From Minisyncoccota bacterium (GTDB lineage Bacteria > Patescibacteriota > Minisyncoccia > UBA6257), in NCBI GenBank assembly GCA_028695015.1, contig JAQVJR010000001.1, positions 180,498 through 244,497 of the forward strand: 64,000 bases of DNA. Reading direction: 5' to 3'. Shown here piece by piece: positions 40,220 to 49,705 of the stretch. Position 1 is the first letter of the stretch. Each line of letters opens with the position of its first letter. The notes below the pieces were generated by a model. The model was not told where the DNA came from. It saw only the letters and a list, made by a program, of their open reading frames with translations, and did not search any database. The position numbers and the translations under genes were made by a program.

Positions 40220-41080
40220 TTAAGAACAAAAGAAGGCTCCACCAGTTTTACAATTAGGCATATTAATCTCAAGATGAAAACCACTTCCATATTGAGATCC
40301 TTCTGGGGAGTATTCATCTATAACATCAAAGCCAGATGCATTAGCAGCTTTAATAAAGGCTGTTCTTGTTGTAATGCCTGGGTCTTTACCAAATCCCACA
40401 TCAACACAAGTACCAATTTTATGACAATTTGATACATGATGAACTGTGGTAATGCATTCATTTCCAATAACTGAGACACAAGCTTCTGTGACCTGCCATC
40501 CCTTTGGAGCATTACTATTAACTAATTTTAATAAACTTTCAGCAACACTTTCTTCAATATAAGCTCCATTAGGAAATTCCCAACTCAATGGGATATTAGA
40601 ATATTTTCCAGAACCTGCTCCAATTAAAACAAAATCACCTACAATTACCGGCAATTGTTCCGTTTCTATTGGTGGCTTAACTGTTGTTGGTTTTGGCTCA
40701 GGTGTTGTTTTGAGAAGATTTGGATTAATTGTGTTTAGGATAAGCCAAAAAGAAAACAATAAAACAATTCCAATAAAAGTATTAATAATTCTTTCCTGGG
40801 CTTCTTTTTGTTGTTCAACATTTCCACCAGCAGTAAGATATTGAAATCCAGCATAAATAATCATAATAAAAGCGAATAATCCAGCTAATCTAAAAGCCCA
40901 TAGAACTAGGTATTTAACTAACTCTTCTATTGCATTTTTAGTTTGAAATTCAATTACCTCATAAGAATTAGTGACAGCTTCAACAACTAATCCTTGGCTA
41001 AAATTTAAACAACAAGCGAATACAATCAATAACAGAGTGATATTCTTAAAATTACAATACTGATTTAAAGACAGAAACAT
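40220..41080 (-). CDS. Membrane-anchored protein: N-terminal signal plus two hydrophobic helices (VirB2/TrbC pilin-like topology) fused to a C-terminal LAS/M15-like zinc-peptidase domain; candidate T4SS-associated cell-wall hydrolase
   Basis: Signal-like MFLSLNQYCNFKNITLLLIVFACC; helices LVLWAFRLAGLFAFIMIIYAGF and FIGIVLLFSFWLIL; C-terminal SNCHKIGTCVDV (HxxG, H-x6-D) and GFHLE (HxE), resembling VanY/M15 SxHxxGxAxD...WHxE. Confidence 0.4.
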   Translation of the reverse strand: MFLSLNQYCNFKNITLLLIVFACCLNFSQGLVVEAVTNSYEVIEFQTKNAIEELVKYLVLWAFRLAGLFAFIMIIYAGFQYLTAGGNVEQQKEAQERIINTFIGIVLLFSFWLILNTINPNLLKTTPEPKPTTVKPPIETEQLPVIVGDFVLIGAGSGKYSNIPLSWEFPNGAYIEESVAESLLKLVNSNAPKGWQVTEACVSVIGNECITTVHHVSNCHKIGTCVDVGFGKDPGITTRTAFIKAANASGFDVIDEYSPEGSQYGSGFHLEINMPNCKTGGAFFCS

Positions 41081-41088
41081 TTATTGTT

Positions 41089-41991
41089 TTATTTAAATTT
41101 TAATATTTGTCCTGGTTTAAAAAATCCAGGTAAACCAACCTCCCATTCAAAAAATCGAAATGTAGGCACAGGTATTGTTTGCACCAATTCTTCTACAGTT
41201 TGTTTTGTTGAATAAGCACCTAAAGAAGCTAATAACTCTTTTAGGATTATGGGGCAAGCTTGACCAATAGCCATGGAAACAGGAACTCCTAATCCCCAAG
41301 GAAGAGCAGTAGCTGCATTTGATAACATTCCACAAATCCAATCAACATCTAAACCAACGCCTAATAAATCTAAGAACTTATCCTGAACTAAATCACCTAT
41401 ATCACCAAATTGAAGTGCTGCCTCAAGAAAATCTGAACGCAAGTTTTCAGGAATTGGCGATCCTTGATTGATAACATTTTTTAATATGTTTTTATCAGTA
41501 ACAGAAAAATTACCTTTATCTGCTATTTTATTAAAATATCCTTGTAGCTTTTCTGGAATGTCTTTTCCTTTTTGAATAACATCTTCTACTTCATCATATA
41601 ATTCTGTTGTAATCCCAGAAACATCTGCCAAGTCTTGTAAGGTTTTAATATTTTTAGCAGCTTCAGTTTGAGCAGCAGATTGCTCTACTGAGCCCACAAT
41701 ATAAACAGGTTGTGCTTCGCCTCCACCACAACCACATCCTGGATTTAAAGGCAAAGGGTCAGTAAGAGCTGGAGATTCTCCAGAACATTTATTCTTACAG
41801 AGAGCTTTACAAGTATATTCTCCATTTTCATCATCTCGATAACATTCTTTGGTTTCTGAATTACAAGAATAACGAGCTTGGGAAGCAGCCAAAGCTTCTT
41901 TGGTTATTAATAAGTTCCAAAAAAACAAATTCACAACAAACACAATTAGAAAAAATACAGATATCTTATTATAAAAATTTGTTTGTTTCAT
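41089..41991 (-). CDS. Secreted Cys-rich hypothetical protein (T4SS-like locus)
   Basis: Signal peptide; N-terminal Cys cluster YSCNSETKECY...CKALCKNKCSG...GCGCGGG. Confidence 0.45.
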   Translation of the reverse strand: MKQTNFYNKISVFFLIVFVVNLFFWNLLITKEALAASQARYSCNSETKECYRDDENGEYTCKALCKNKCSGESPALTDPLPLNPGCGCGGGEAQPVYIVGSVEQSAAQTEAAKNIKTLQDLADVSGITTELYDEVEDVIQKGKDIPEKLQGYFNKIADKGNFSVTDKNILKNVINQGSPIPENLRSDFLEAALQFGDIGDLVQDKFLDLLGVGLDVDWICGMLSNAATALPWGLGVPVSMAIGQACPIILKELLASLGAYSTKQTVEELVQTIPVPTFRFFEWEVGLPGFFKPGQILKFK

Positions 41992-42021
41992 ATTTTTATT
42001 TATTTATTTTTAAAATTATTT

Positions 42022-42444
42022 TTATGCTTTAGAAGATTTTTTAGTAATTTTTTCAACAACTCCTTGTGATAAATAAGCAAAAATAACAGTTCCAGTGGTA
42101 ATTGGCAAAATACTAGCAATAGGCAATAAGTCTATTAATTGACCACTTAGGATTAATTTTGTTCTCATGCCAGTGATAATACTAATAAATAATATATAAG
42201 CGGAAAAAGGAAGAGCTATTAACCAAACAAAAAACTGAATTCCTGGAATTAAGCCCAAAACTACTTCTATAATATCCTTCATTATAGCAGGGATAAGAAG
42301 CAAAAGAAAGATAATAATATCCATCTTTTTTTCCTTTGGCTTTGTTTCTGGTGCTTTCTCTTCAGGGGAGGTTTCTTTTTCCTCAAGTCCTGTTGGTTGT
42401 TGTTCTATCAAAGATTCTTCTTTATTTGGTGTTTGTTCTGTCAT
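42022..42444 (-). CDS. Small polytopic membrane protein with acidic N-terminus (T4SS-like locus)
   Basis: About 3 TM segments (IIIFLLLLIPAIM, FFVWLIALPFSAYILFISII, LLPIASILPITTGTVIFAYL). Confidence 0.4.
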   Translation of the reverse strand: MTEQTPNKEESLIEQQPTGLEEKETSPEEKAPETKPKEKKMDIIIFLLLLIPAIMKDIIEVVLGLIPGIQFFVWLIALPFSAYILFISIITGMRTKLILSGQLIDLLPIASILPITTGTVIFAYLSQGVVEKITKKSSKA

Positions 42445-42454
42445 TAATATTTAA

Positions 42455-44251
42455 TTAAGACTCAGATTTTAATTGCTTTTTCGCTTCTTTAATAGCTAAA
42501 AGCTGAGCAGGATTTGAAGTGATAATTTGGTCCTCAGCATAAGAAGCTACAATTTGAATAGCCGCATGTTTTTCTTGGGCAAAAAATAAACCAGTGCCCA
42601 CAGGAGATTGCAAGAGAATTGTTTTTTCTTGCTCAGTAAGATTTAAAGCTTTACCGATTATTTCTATATTTGCTGGAGATTGGCGAAGCAATAATGACAG
42701 GGAAGAATTAGTAATAATAGGTTTACCATAAGGAGAAGCCAAGGCATCTTCAATGTCTTGAGTAATAAAGGTAACTCCTAAATAATATTTTCTAGCTCTT
42801 TTTATTAAACTAAATAAGAAAGAAGCACTTTCCTCATGATTTAAGAGCCACCAACCTTCATCAATAATAGCAATTCTTTTTCTAAGATCTTTCTTTATCA
42901 TTGTCCAGATATAGTTCAAAACAACATACATGGCAATAGGTCTTAATTCATCTGCCAATTCCCTAATGCCAAAAACAACTAGTCGGTTATTAATATCAAT
43001 ATTTGATTGTTTATTAAGAAAACCAGCATAAGTTCCTTTAGTGAATTTATAAAGTTTAGCTGCTAAATCTTCTCCCCCCTCAATATTTTCAAGAACATTT
43101 TCTAAATCTTCCATTAAAGGTGGTGCTTTTTGTTCAGTCATGTTTTCAGGAAAAATATCCCGACTGGCATAAGTTTGAATAATGGCTTGATCTAAAATTA
43201 ATTCTTCTTGAGGGGTTAATCCGCCAAGCATTAATTTAATAAGTCCAATAAGACTCAAGACATGATTTCTAAAAACTTCTTCATTTGTTTCCTCTTCTTC
43301 TTTTACCAGAGGCAATTCAAAAGGATTAATATTATCTTCAGAAGCCACAGCAATATTAAAATAGCTGCCACCAATTGATTCAGCTAAATATTGATATTCA
43401 TTTTCCGGATCAATAATTAAAATATTAGTACCTAATAAAAGAGAGCGGAGAATTTCTAATTTAATAGCATAGCTTTTCCCAGCTCCAGTTTGAGCAAAAA
43501 CTACCATATTTGCATTTGGAAGAGAAAAGCGGTCAAAAATTATTAGACTATTATTATGGATATTAATGCCATAAAGAATTCCTTTATTATCTGAAAGATC
43601 TAAAGAAGAAAAAGGGAAAAGTGTAGATGCTGGTTGAGAATTTAAAGGCGTAGTTAAAAGCAATCTATTAACCCCAAGAGGCATAGTGCTTTCTAATCCT
43701 TCAAATTCTCTAAAAACAGCAGGTTTAGCATAAATAAGTTGTTGCTCTAATATGTTTCGGATTTTACTCTCTACTTTTGAAAGCCCTTCTTGGCTGTTAG
43801 AATAAAAAGTGATATAAACACCAACATCAAATAATCTCTCACTGCCTTGTTGAATTGTATCTCTTAATTTCTCAACATTAGATAAAGCTGCTTCTAATAA
43901 AGGATTACGAACTAATCCTCTTTCAGCTTCAATATTAATCTGAGCTTGAATTTCCGCAGATTTTTTCCTTAAATTTCTTAAAACTTTATTAATATCAAGA
44001 GGATGGAAAAAGATAGAAATATTAAAAGATTCATCAAGATTAACAATCGAAGAAAACCAATTAGAGGCTAAATAATCTGGATAAGTTAAAACAAAAAGAG
44101 TAGCACAATATTGCTCTCCTAATTTAAGGTAATTTGTGTTTATTTCTAATCCAGCTGGAGCAATTAAGTTCTGAAGTGTAGAAAAAGCTTCAGTATAAAT
44201 AGCTTCCTGAGGTTTTATTTGTTTTTTCCGTGAGAAGAAAGGTAATTTCAT
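42455..44251 (-). CDS. virB4: VirB4/TrbE-family conjugative ATPase, C-terminal 598-aa part (gene split, see 44263..44952)
   Basis: Walker A VVFAQTGAGKSYAI; Walker B region IAIIDEGWWLL; N-terminal APAGLEINTNYLKLGEQYCATLFVLTYPDYL typical of Gram-positive VirB4. Confidence 0.75.
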   Translation of the reverse strand: MKLPFFSRKKQIKPQEAIYTEAFSTLQNLIAPAGLEINTNYLKLGEQYCATLFVLTYPDYLASNWFSSIVNLDESFNISIFFHPLDINKVLRNLRKKSAEIQAQINIEAERGLVRNPLLEAALSNVEKLRDTIQQGSERLFDVGVYITFYSNSQEGLSKVESKIRNILEQQLIYAKPAVFREFEGLESTMPLGVNRLLLTTPLNSQPASTLFPFSSLDLSDNKGILYGINIHNNSLIIFDRFSLPNANMVVFAQTGAGKSYAIKLEILRSLLLGTNILIIDPENEYQYLAESIGGSYFNIAVASEDNINPFELPLVKEEEETNEEVFRNHVLSLIGLIKLMLGGLTPQEELILDQAIIQTYASRDIFPENMTEQKAPPLMEDLENVLENIEGGEDLAAKLYKFTKGTYAGFLNKQSNIDINNRLVVFGIRELADELRPIAMYVVLNYIWTMIKKDLRKRIAIIDEGWWLLNHEESASFLFSLIKRARKYYLGVTFITQDIEDALASPYGKPIITNSSLSLLLRQSPANIEIIGKALNLTEQEKTILLQSPVGTGLFFAQEKHAAIQIVASYAEDQIITSNPAQLLAIKEAKKQLKSES

Positions 44252-44262
44252 AATAGTATTAT

Positions 44263-44952
44263 TTATTCATTAAGTTCTGAAGGGATAGGAATAGATTCTC
44301 TTTCAAAAGTTTCTGGATTGTATAAATTAAAAAACAATTCTATCAATTCTTTAGTTGTTAAAGGTTGAGCTTGTAAGTTCATACGATTGAAATTATTTAT
44401 AACATTGCTTTGGCGAATCATTAGTTGCTGATAATATTGGTTAAATTCATCATTAGATAAAGAAAGAGTTTTAGAAAAAGCCTGATGTTTTAAATTAAGC
44501 AGGTTTTTATATGCCTCTACTATTTGTCCAAAAATGTCTTTTGGTTTAAGGATAATAGGATCATAAGGAATCACCACATAGAATTTTTTCTTCATAATAT
44601 TGCTTTCAGTAACTAATCCTTTAATAAAAGAATGATAGTCCTCTCCTTGTAATTTAAGTAAAGTATTTGTTTCTTGATTAATTTTTTCCTGAAGAAAATT
44701 TAAATAAGAAGCAATATGAACACGGCGTGAATGGGCAATAACTTCTAATGTAAAATCTAAGTTATTTAATAAATTACGCCAATTAGTTAAAATACTAAGT
44801 TGTTCTTGTTCTGATTTTAAATCTAAATTTATTCCAGAAACAGCTAAAACAGAACGCAAGGATCCGTTTTTTAATATAACAACTCCTTTTTTAATTTGAT
44901 GAATAGAAAGAAGTGATTGACTACTAAAACTTTCTTTTTGTTTTTGAGGCAT
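44263..44952 (-). CDS. virB4: VirB4 N-terminal fragment (229 aa) as a separate ORF in a different frame
   Basis: IHQIKKGVVILKNGSLRSVLAVSGINLDLKSEQEQ...FYVVIPYD resembles the N-terminus of Firmicutes-type VirB4/TcpF/PrgJ; 11-nt gap to the next ORF. Confidence 0.55.
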   Translation of the reverse strand: MPQKQKESFSSQSLLSIHQIKKGVVILKNGSLRSVLAVSGINLDLKSEQEQLSILTNWRNLLNNLDFTLEVIAHSRRVHIASYLNFLQEKINQETNTLLKLQGEDYHSFIKGLVTESNIMKKKFYVVIPYDPIILKPKDIFGQIVEAYKNLLNLKHQAFSKTLSLSNDEFNQYYQQLMIRQSNVINNFNRMNLQAQPLTTKELIELFFNLYNPETFERESIPIPSELNE

Positions 44953-44953
44953 T

Positions 44954-45352
44954 TTATTTATCTAAAATTTCAGTTAATTTTTGAAGGGTTTCTTTATCTA
45001 AAGATTTTTGAGTGGTCACTGTTTCACTTTTCTCATGTTTGGATGAAAGAACTTGAGAAGGTTTTTTTATAACTTGTTCTTTTTGCCAAAGATAATATTT
45101 TGGTAGCCAAAAATGACGAAAAGCAGATAGAATCAGAGCATAAATTGGTTGATTATGTAATTGGCCAAACGTAAGAAATAATCCAAATGGGGCTATAAAT
45201 GCAAAAACAATAAACCAAAGCCATAATTGTAAAATAAAAAACAAGATAACAAGAATAATAGCAAAACCTAATAAAATCCAAAGCTGGGTAAAGGTAACTA
45301 ATCCCATTAATTTAGTTTCTTCTTCTATAAATTTTGGTACTTGATAGGCCAT
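44954..45352 (-). CDS. VirB3/PrgI-like small 2-TM protein
   Basis: MAYQVPKFIEEETKLMGLVTFTQLWILLGF, then two hydrophobic helices; positioned just 5' of virB4. Confidence 0.5.
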   Translation of the reverse strand: MAYQVPKFIEEETKLMGLVTFTQLWILLGFAIILVILFFILQLWLWFIVFAFIAPFGLFLTFGQLHNQPIYALILSAFRHFWLPKYYLWQKEQVIKKPSQVLSSKHEKSETVTTQKSLDKETLQKLTEILDK

Positions 45353-45358
45353 AATTAA

Positions 45359-46396
45359 TTATGATGTTTTTCCAAAAGGACTTTCCTTTTTATACTTTTC
45401 ATATTGAACCGGCTTAGGATCAAATTCTTTTTCCTTTGATCTTTTTTTCATCTCTTGTAATTTAACATCCAGAACATAAGGTTTTTTATCAGGAGATTTT
45501 TGAATTGGTTTTTCACTTGTAAATTCTTCACCTCTACCTGTTAAAACAGTAGAAGGTTCTGTTTCTGGTACTTTCTTTCTTTCTAAAGGTTTTTCTTCTA
45601 CAGCTTCTTTATCTTCTTTTTTAGATTTTAAAACTTTTTTGATTTCCTCTACAATTTTAGGTTGAGCATCTTTTTTAGTTATGGCCTCTAATAGCTTATT
45701 ACGGATTTTTTCTTGCTTGATTAATGTTGTTTCTGGCACGGTAACTTTTTTAAGCTCTTCTATTTTATTTATTGGTTTTGTTACCTTAACTTCTGTTGGC
45801 TCAGGGGCAATGTATTCAGGAATTGGTTCAGGCTTAATGATTTCTGATTCTGGAATCCTTGCTTGAGGTTTTTCTGTTTGTGGCTTAATAGTTTTGGATT
45901 GAGGCATAGTAAATTTGTCTAAAGGTTCTTTTAGTGCCTCTGGCTTTATTTTTTCTGCAATAGATTGAATATCAATTTCTGTAATTTGATTTTTTTCAGA
46001 AAGTTCTTTTTTAGGCTTTTTTTCAAAACTACCCAAAGCTGGTGTTTTAAATTGTATTGGTGGTTTTTCTTGAGAAATGGTTGGTCTAGATTTAAACTGC
46101 AGTAAGTCTTTTTTGTATTGATCAAAGATTTTATCTTGAATTATCTGATTGATAATTTTTAAAGAAGAATCTTTAATTTTTAAATGAGATTTTAGTTTCA
46201 ATGCAAAGTCATCAGAGGAAATATTTAATAAAAGAACATCAGTAACAATTTCATTTAAGATAAATAGTTCCTCTTCATTTAAACCAGCAAGAGAGCCAGC
46301 ATCTTGGATAATAGAAATAACTTTATCAGAATAAAGGGCTTCTTGGAGAGATTTTGGCAAAACATCAAACTTTTTTAAAAACTCTTCTTTTTTCAT
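45359..46396 (-). CDS. Hypothetical K/E/P-rich protein (T4SS-like locus)
   Basis: N-terminal ~100-aa folded-looking domain, then a low-complexity KPE-rich region; no TM segment. Confidence 0.4.
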   Translation of the reverse strand: MKKEEFLKKFDVLPKSLQEALYSDKVISIIQDAGSLAGLNEEELFILNEIVTDVLLLNISSDDFALKLKSHLKIKDSSLKIINQIIQDKIFDQYKKDLLQFKSRPTISQEKPPIQFKTPALGSFEKKPKKELSEKNQITEIDIQSIAEKIKPEALKEPLDKFTMPQSKTIKPQTEKPQARIPESEIIKPEPIPEYIAPEPTEVKVTKPINKIEELKKVTVPETTLIKQEKIRNKLLEAITKKDAQPKIVEEIKKVLKSKKEDKEAVEEKPLERKKVPETEPSTVLTGRGEEFTSEKPIQKSPDKKPYVLDVKLQEMKKRSKEKEFDPKPVQYEKYKKESPFGKTS

Positions 46397-48789
46397 TCTT
46401 CTTTAAAAATGTTATCCCATGTTGAAGCATCAGATGTGTTTTCTAAATCAATGCCGCTTTCTTCTCTTAATGCCCGAGAATCTTTAATGTGTTTATTGAA
46501 TTTTGCTAATGTTGCAGGATCTCTCTTAATAGATTCTATGAAGAGTTTTTGTTTTTCCTCATCAAAATATTTTGGTCCTAAACCTTTCCAAAAAGCAGCC
46601 ATTTGTGAAGCTGAGAATTTTTTAACCAAAGATTGAAAAACTTTATCATAAGCTTCTTCCATGGCTTTTTCTGTTTCATGGGGCAACCAAGCTCCTTGCT
46701 CAATTGATTTTTGATATTCTTTGTCTATAGTTTTTTCAACAAAATCTTTTAATTGGGTTTTATCTTTTAATTTATCAGGTTTTAATGAAGTTAAGGTGGT
46801 TACCTTTTCTTCTATAGAATCTGGAGTGTTAATTAATCTTCCTCCTTCTACTCTAAATTCATGAGGGATTGCTTCAGTGATAGCTTTTTTATTAAACCTA
46901 ATATCATCTTTGTGAAGATTGATGAATTTTGTAGATTCATCTCCTAGTTCTCCCATTTCTGCTAATTTATTAACCAAAGCAATTCTTTTTTCATAGGCAT
47001 TTTTATCCAATGAAGATGGTAAAGGAGCTTTTTCGAGTTGCTTTAAGCTACCTAAGCTTATATTCTCTAAGCCTTTTTCATATTCTTTAACTCTAGTTGC
47101 CTTAGCTTTTTCTCCAGTTACTAGCATTTCTTGGCCAACACCTTTTAATAAAGGAACATGGGTTAAAGCTTCACCTGCTTTTTTATACATTCCAGTTTCC
47201 TTAATTCCCTTAATTGTTTTAGCTCCAACAAAGGCTCCAGCTAGCCATCCAGCTCGACTAACTTGTTTTTGAACAACTTTTCCCACAGCACCACTACTTT
47301 GAATAGAAACAATTAACCCTCCAATTAAAAACATAGAAAAGAGAACTATTTGAATAATCATTGTAATAATGCCCAATTTCTCCTCTTGGGCGCCAAGATT
47401 TGCAAGAAAAACATTCATTTCAGATACAACAACAAGCCCTGCATACAAGGAAACGGCAAAAGTAATAGGAAAAAGACACCATCTAGAAAATTGTCCCCAC
47501 CATAAATTCCAAAACTTTTCAGTGTTTGGTAACACCCATGCAGCAAAAGCAATAGGTGAAACAGCAAGTAAGATAATAATGAGAAAAGACCGAGCAACCA
47601 TAACAAAGAAAATAGCGATTAAAGAGATGAAAACAAATAATCCAATTATACCTAAAGCAGCGATAATAAGAAGGAAATTACCCCAAGAAAGACCCCAGCC
47701 TTTTGTGCTCATCTTAATGTCTTGTCCTTCTACAGTTATAGTTTTAATTTCAGCTTTATCATCATAAGCAAAATTATATTTTTTAACGCCTGAAATTTCA
47801 TTAGTAGCAAAATTATCCATAATTGCTTGAGCAATGTCTTTTTGGCCAGTTGCTTCTTGAGCTAGATTCAAAAATACATAAGTAGTAAATTGAGAAAGAT
47901 CCAGTAATATGCCTGGTAAAATCAAACTAAAGTTAATAAGTAAAGCAATAACTATTAATTTCCAAAGAATATCTTGCCAGCGATATTTTTTAATCCCTAA
48001 AATAGTCGCAATAGCTATAATTATTAAGATTAAAACAAGGGCTAAATTCATAAAATTTCTTAAGATGCTCCAAATTGCTACTACCCCAGGATTTTTAACA
48101 AATCCTCCATAAGTATCAGGGTTTAAAGCCCAAAGAATATTTCCTGTTAATGTATTAATCATTCCACCGATCATTTTTCCAAGTCCTTCAATAGCTCCTA
48201 TTTGAACCAAACAAGCTTTATGTGCCCACCAAGTATCGTTTGCGTTTTTGTCTGATAACCATCCGAAAATTTCAGCAAACCTGTTTTTTGGATTTTCATC
48301 CCCATAAAAAAGAGCATTACAAATTTTTGCAGCATTTGATTCTTGGGCTGTGCCAACTACATCTTCAACATATCCTTCTCGATGAAACTTATCAGTGGCA
48401 ATATTCATACAACACATTCGTGGTATATTACGAACTGGACCACAAAGCTCAGCTCCTTGTACTATTTCTTCTCCTGGAAGACAAGCGATTCTGCATATAT
48501 ATCCAGCTTGCTCACAAGCAGATTTTGATTTTAATTTTTGCTGATCTACCCATGATTCATAATTAAATTTCTCAGGGACACAGCAATTGGTATTTAAAAA
48601 ACTTCCTGTACAGGTAAGCCGTGACTCAAATTTTTCATCATCATTACATCCTGGTCGACATGTTCCCCCAGCTTCAGTGCAAGAATAAGCAGATGCTTGT
48701 AAATTATTGAATTTAAAAACAGGGCTTATTAATAAAAACAAAAGGATAGTGCCAAAAATCCCAATTTTAAATACATTTTTTATTTTCAT
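46393..48789 (-). CDS. virB6: VirB6/TrbL-like polytopic membrane protein with duplicated N-terminal 6-Cys ectodomain modules and long C-terminal cytoplasmic tail
   Basis: Signal peptide; modules CTEAGGTCRPGC...C...CC and CEQAGYICRIAC...C...CC; at least 6 TM helices in the middle; 798 aa. Confidence 0.55.
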   Translation of the reverse strand: MKIKNVFKIGIFGTILLFLLISPVFKFNNLQASAYSCTEAGGTCRPGCNDDEKFESRLTCTGSFLNTNCCVPEKFNYESWVDQQKLKSKSACEQAGYICRIACLPGEEIVQGAELCGPVRNIPRMCCMNIATDKFHREGYVEDVVGTAQESNAAKICNALFYGDENPKNRFAEIFGWLSDKNANDTWWAHKACLVQIGAIEGLGKMIGGMINTLTGNILWALNPDTYGGFVKNPGVVAIWSILRNFMNLALVLILIIIAIATILGIKKYRWQDILWKLIVIALLINFSLILPGILLDLSQFTTYVFLNLAQEATGQKDIAQAIMDNFATNEISGVKKYNFAYDDKAEIKTITVEGQDIKMSTKGWGLSWGNFLLIIAALGIIGLFVFISLIAIFFVMVARSFLIIILLAVSPIAFAAWVLPNTEKFWNLWWGQFSRWCLFPITFAVSLYAGLVVVSEMNVFLANLGAQEEKLGIITMIIQIVLFSMFLIGGLIVSIQSSGAVGKVVQKQVSRAGWLAGAFVGAKTIKGIKETGMYKKAGEALTHVPLLKGVGQEMLVTGEKAKATRVKEYEKGLENISLGSLKQLEKAPLPSSLDKNAYEKRIALVNKLAEMGELGDESTKFINLHKDDIRFNKKAITEAIPHEFRVEGGRLINTPDSIEEKVTTLTSLKPDKLKDKTQLKDFVEKTIDKEYQKSIEQGAWLPHETEKAMEEAYDKVFQSLVKKFSASQMAAFWKGLGPKYFDEEKQKLFIESIKRDPATLAKFNKHIKDSRALREESGIDLENTSDASTWDNIFKEE

Positions 48790-48825
48790 GTTTTTAATAA
48801 TAAATTTGTATAATATTCAGTATTA

Positions 48826-49626
48826 TTATAACTTATTATTTATTAATAATAAAGATAAACAAGTCCATTGGTTTAAAGAGAGGTTTTGAGCTCTAATATT
48901 TAAAGGCAGATTAAGTTTTTTAAAAGATTTTTCAATAATCTTTTTATCAATTTTAAGATTTAAGCAAAGATTGTTAATTAAAAGCTTCCTTGGTTGTTTA
49001 AAACCAGCTTTAATAATTTTAAAAAAAGATTGTTCAATAGCCTTTGTCCTTTTATTATCAACAAAGGGAGTGATTTGTATGATTGCTGAATCTATCTTTG
49101 GTTTTGGAGAAAAAGCAGTTTTAGGTACATAAGAAATAATTTTAGCATGGGCATAAAATTGAACAGAAGCGGCTAATAAATTCATTTTTGGTGGTTGTTG
49201 AATGATTCTTTGGGCAACTTCTTTCTGAATCATTAAAATAATATCCTCTGGTTGTTTTTTCAATTCTAATAAAAGCTTAATCAAATACGAGGTTAGATAA
49301 TAAGGAATATTGCCTATAACCTTAAAATTAGATTTTAGAATTTGAGAATCAGAAATTAAAAAATCTCTAATATCTCCTTGAATAATTTTTAAATTTAAAT
49401 TGTTTTCAAATCGTTGTTTAAGGAATTTTACTAACTCTGGATCTTTTTCAATAGCAATGACTTGAGCTTTAGTTTTTAACAATGCTTGGGTTAAAATTCC
49501 TTTTCCAGCGCCAATCTCTAAAACTAAATCCTTTTCATTAATTTGTCCTGCCTTGATGATTTTATTAACAAAAGACAGATCTTTGAGAAAAACCTGGCCT
49601 AATTTTTTTTGTTTAATAAATGACAT
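48826..49626 (-). CDS. rsmA: 16S rRNA (adenine1518-N6/adenine1519-N6)-dimethyltransferase (start likely MSFIKQ at 49626)
   Basis: GQVFLKD motif; SAM-binding VLEIGAGKGILT; C-terminal ksgA-like domain. Confidence 0.85.
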   Translation of the reverse strand: MSFIKQKKLGQVFLKDLSFVNKIIKAGQINEKDLVLEIGAGKGILTQALLKTKAQVIAIEKDPELVKFLKQRFENNLNLKIIQGDIRDFLISDSQILKSNFKVIGNIPYYLTSYLIKLLLELKKQPEDIILMIQKEVAQRIIQQPPKMNLLAASVQFYAHAKIISYVPKTAFSPKPKIDSAIIQITPFVDNKRTKAIEQSFFKIIKAGFKQPRKLLINNLCLNLKIDKKIIEKSFKKLNLPLNIRAQNLSLNQWTCLSLLLINNKL

Positions 49627-49705
49627 AGTGTGTTTTGACAAAATTAGTGGCTGTGTTAAAATATTTACAAGGTTGAGAAAGAATTTTAATAAAATAACAA
49701 TTAAA

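Noticed and set aside
40318-48889. Short ORFs nested in the T4SS-like locus: 40318..40512, 41147..41341, 45681..45866, 46409..46636, 47369..47767, 47415..47606, 47909..48112, 48222..48566, 48343..48528, 48707..48889
   Set aside because: All overlap longer co-linear genes with domain-level support; likely frame noise.
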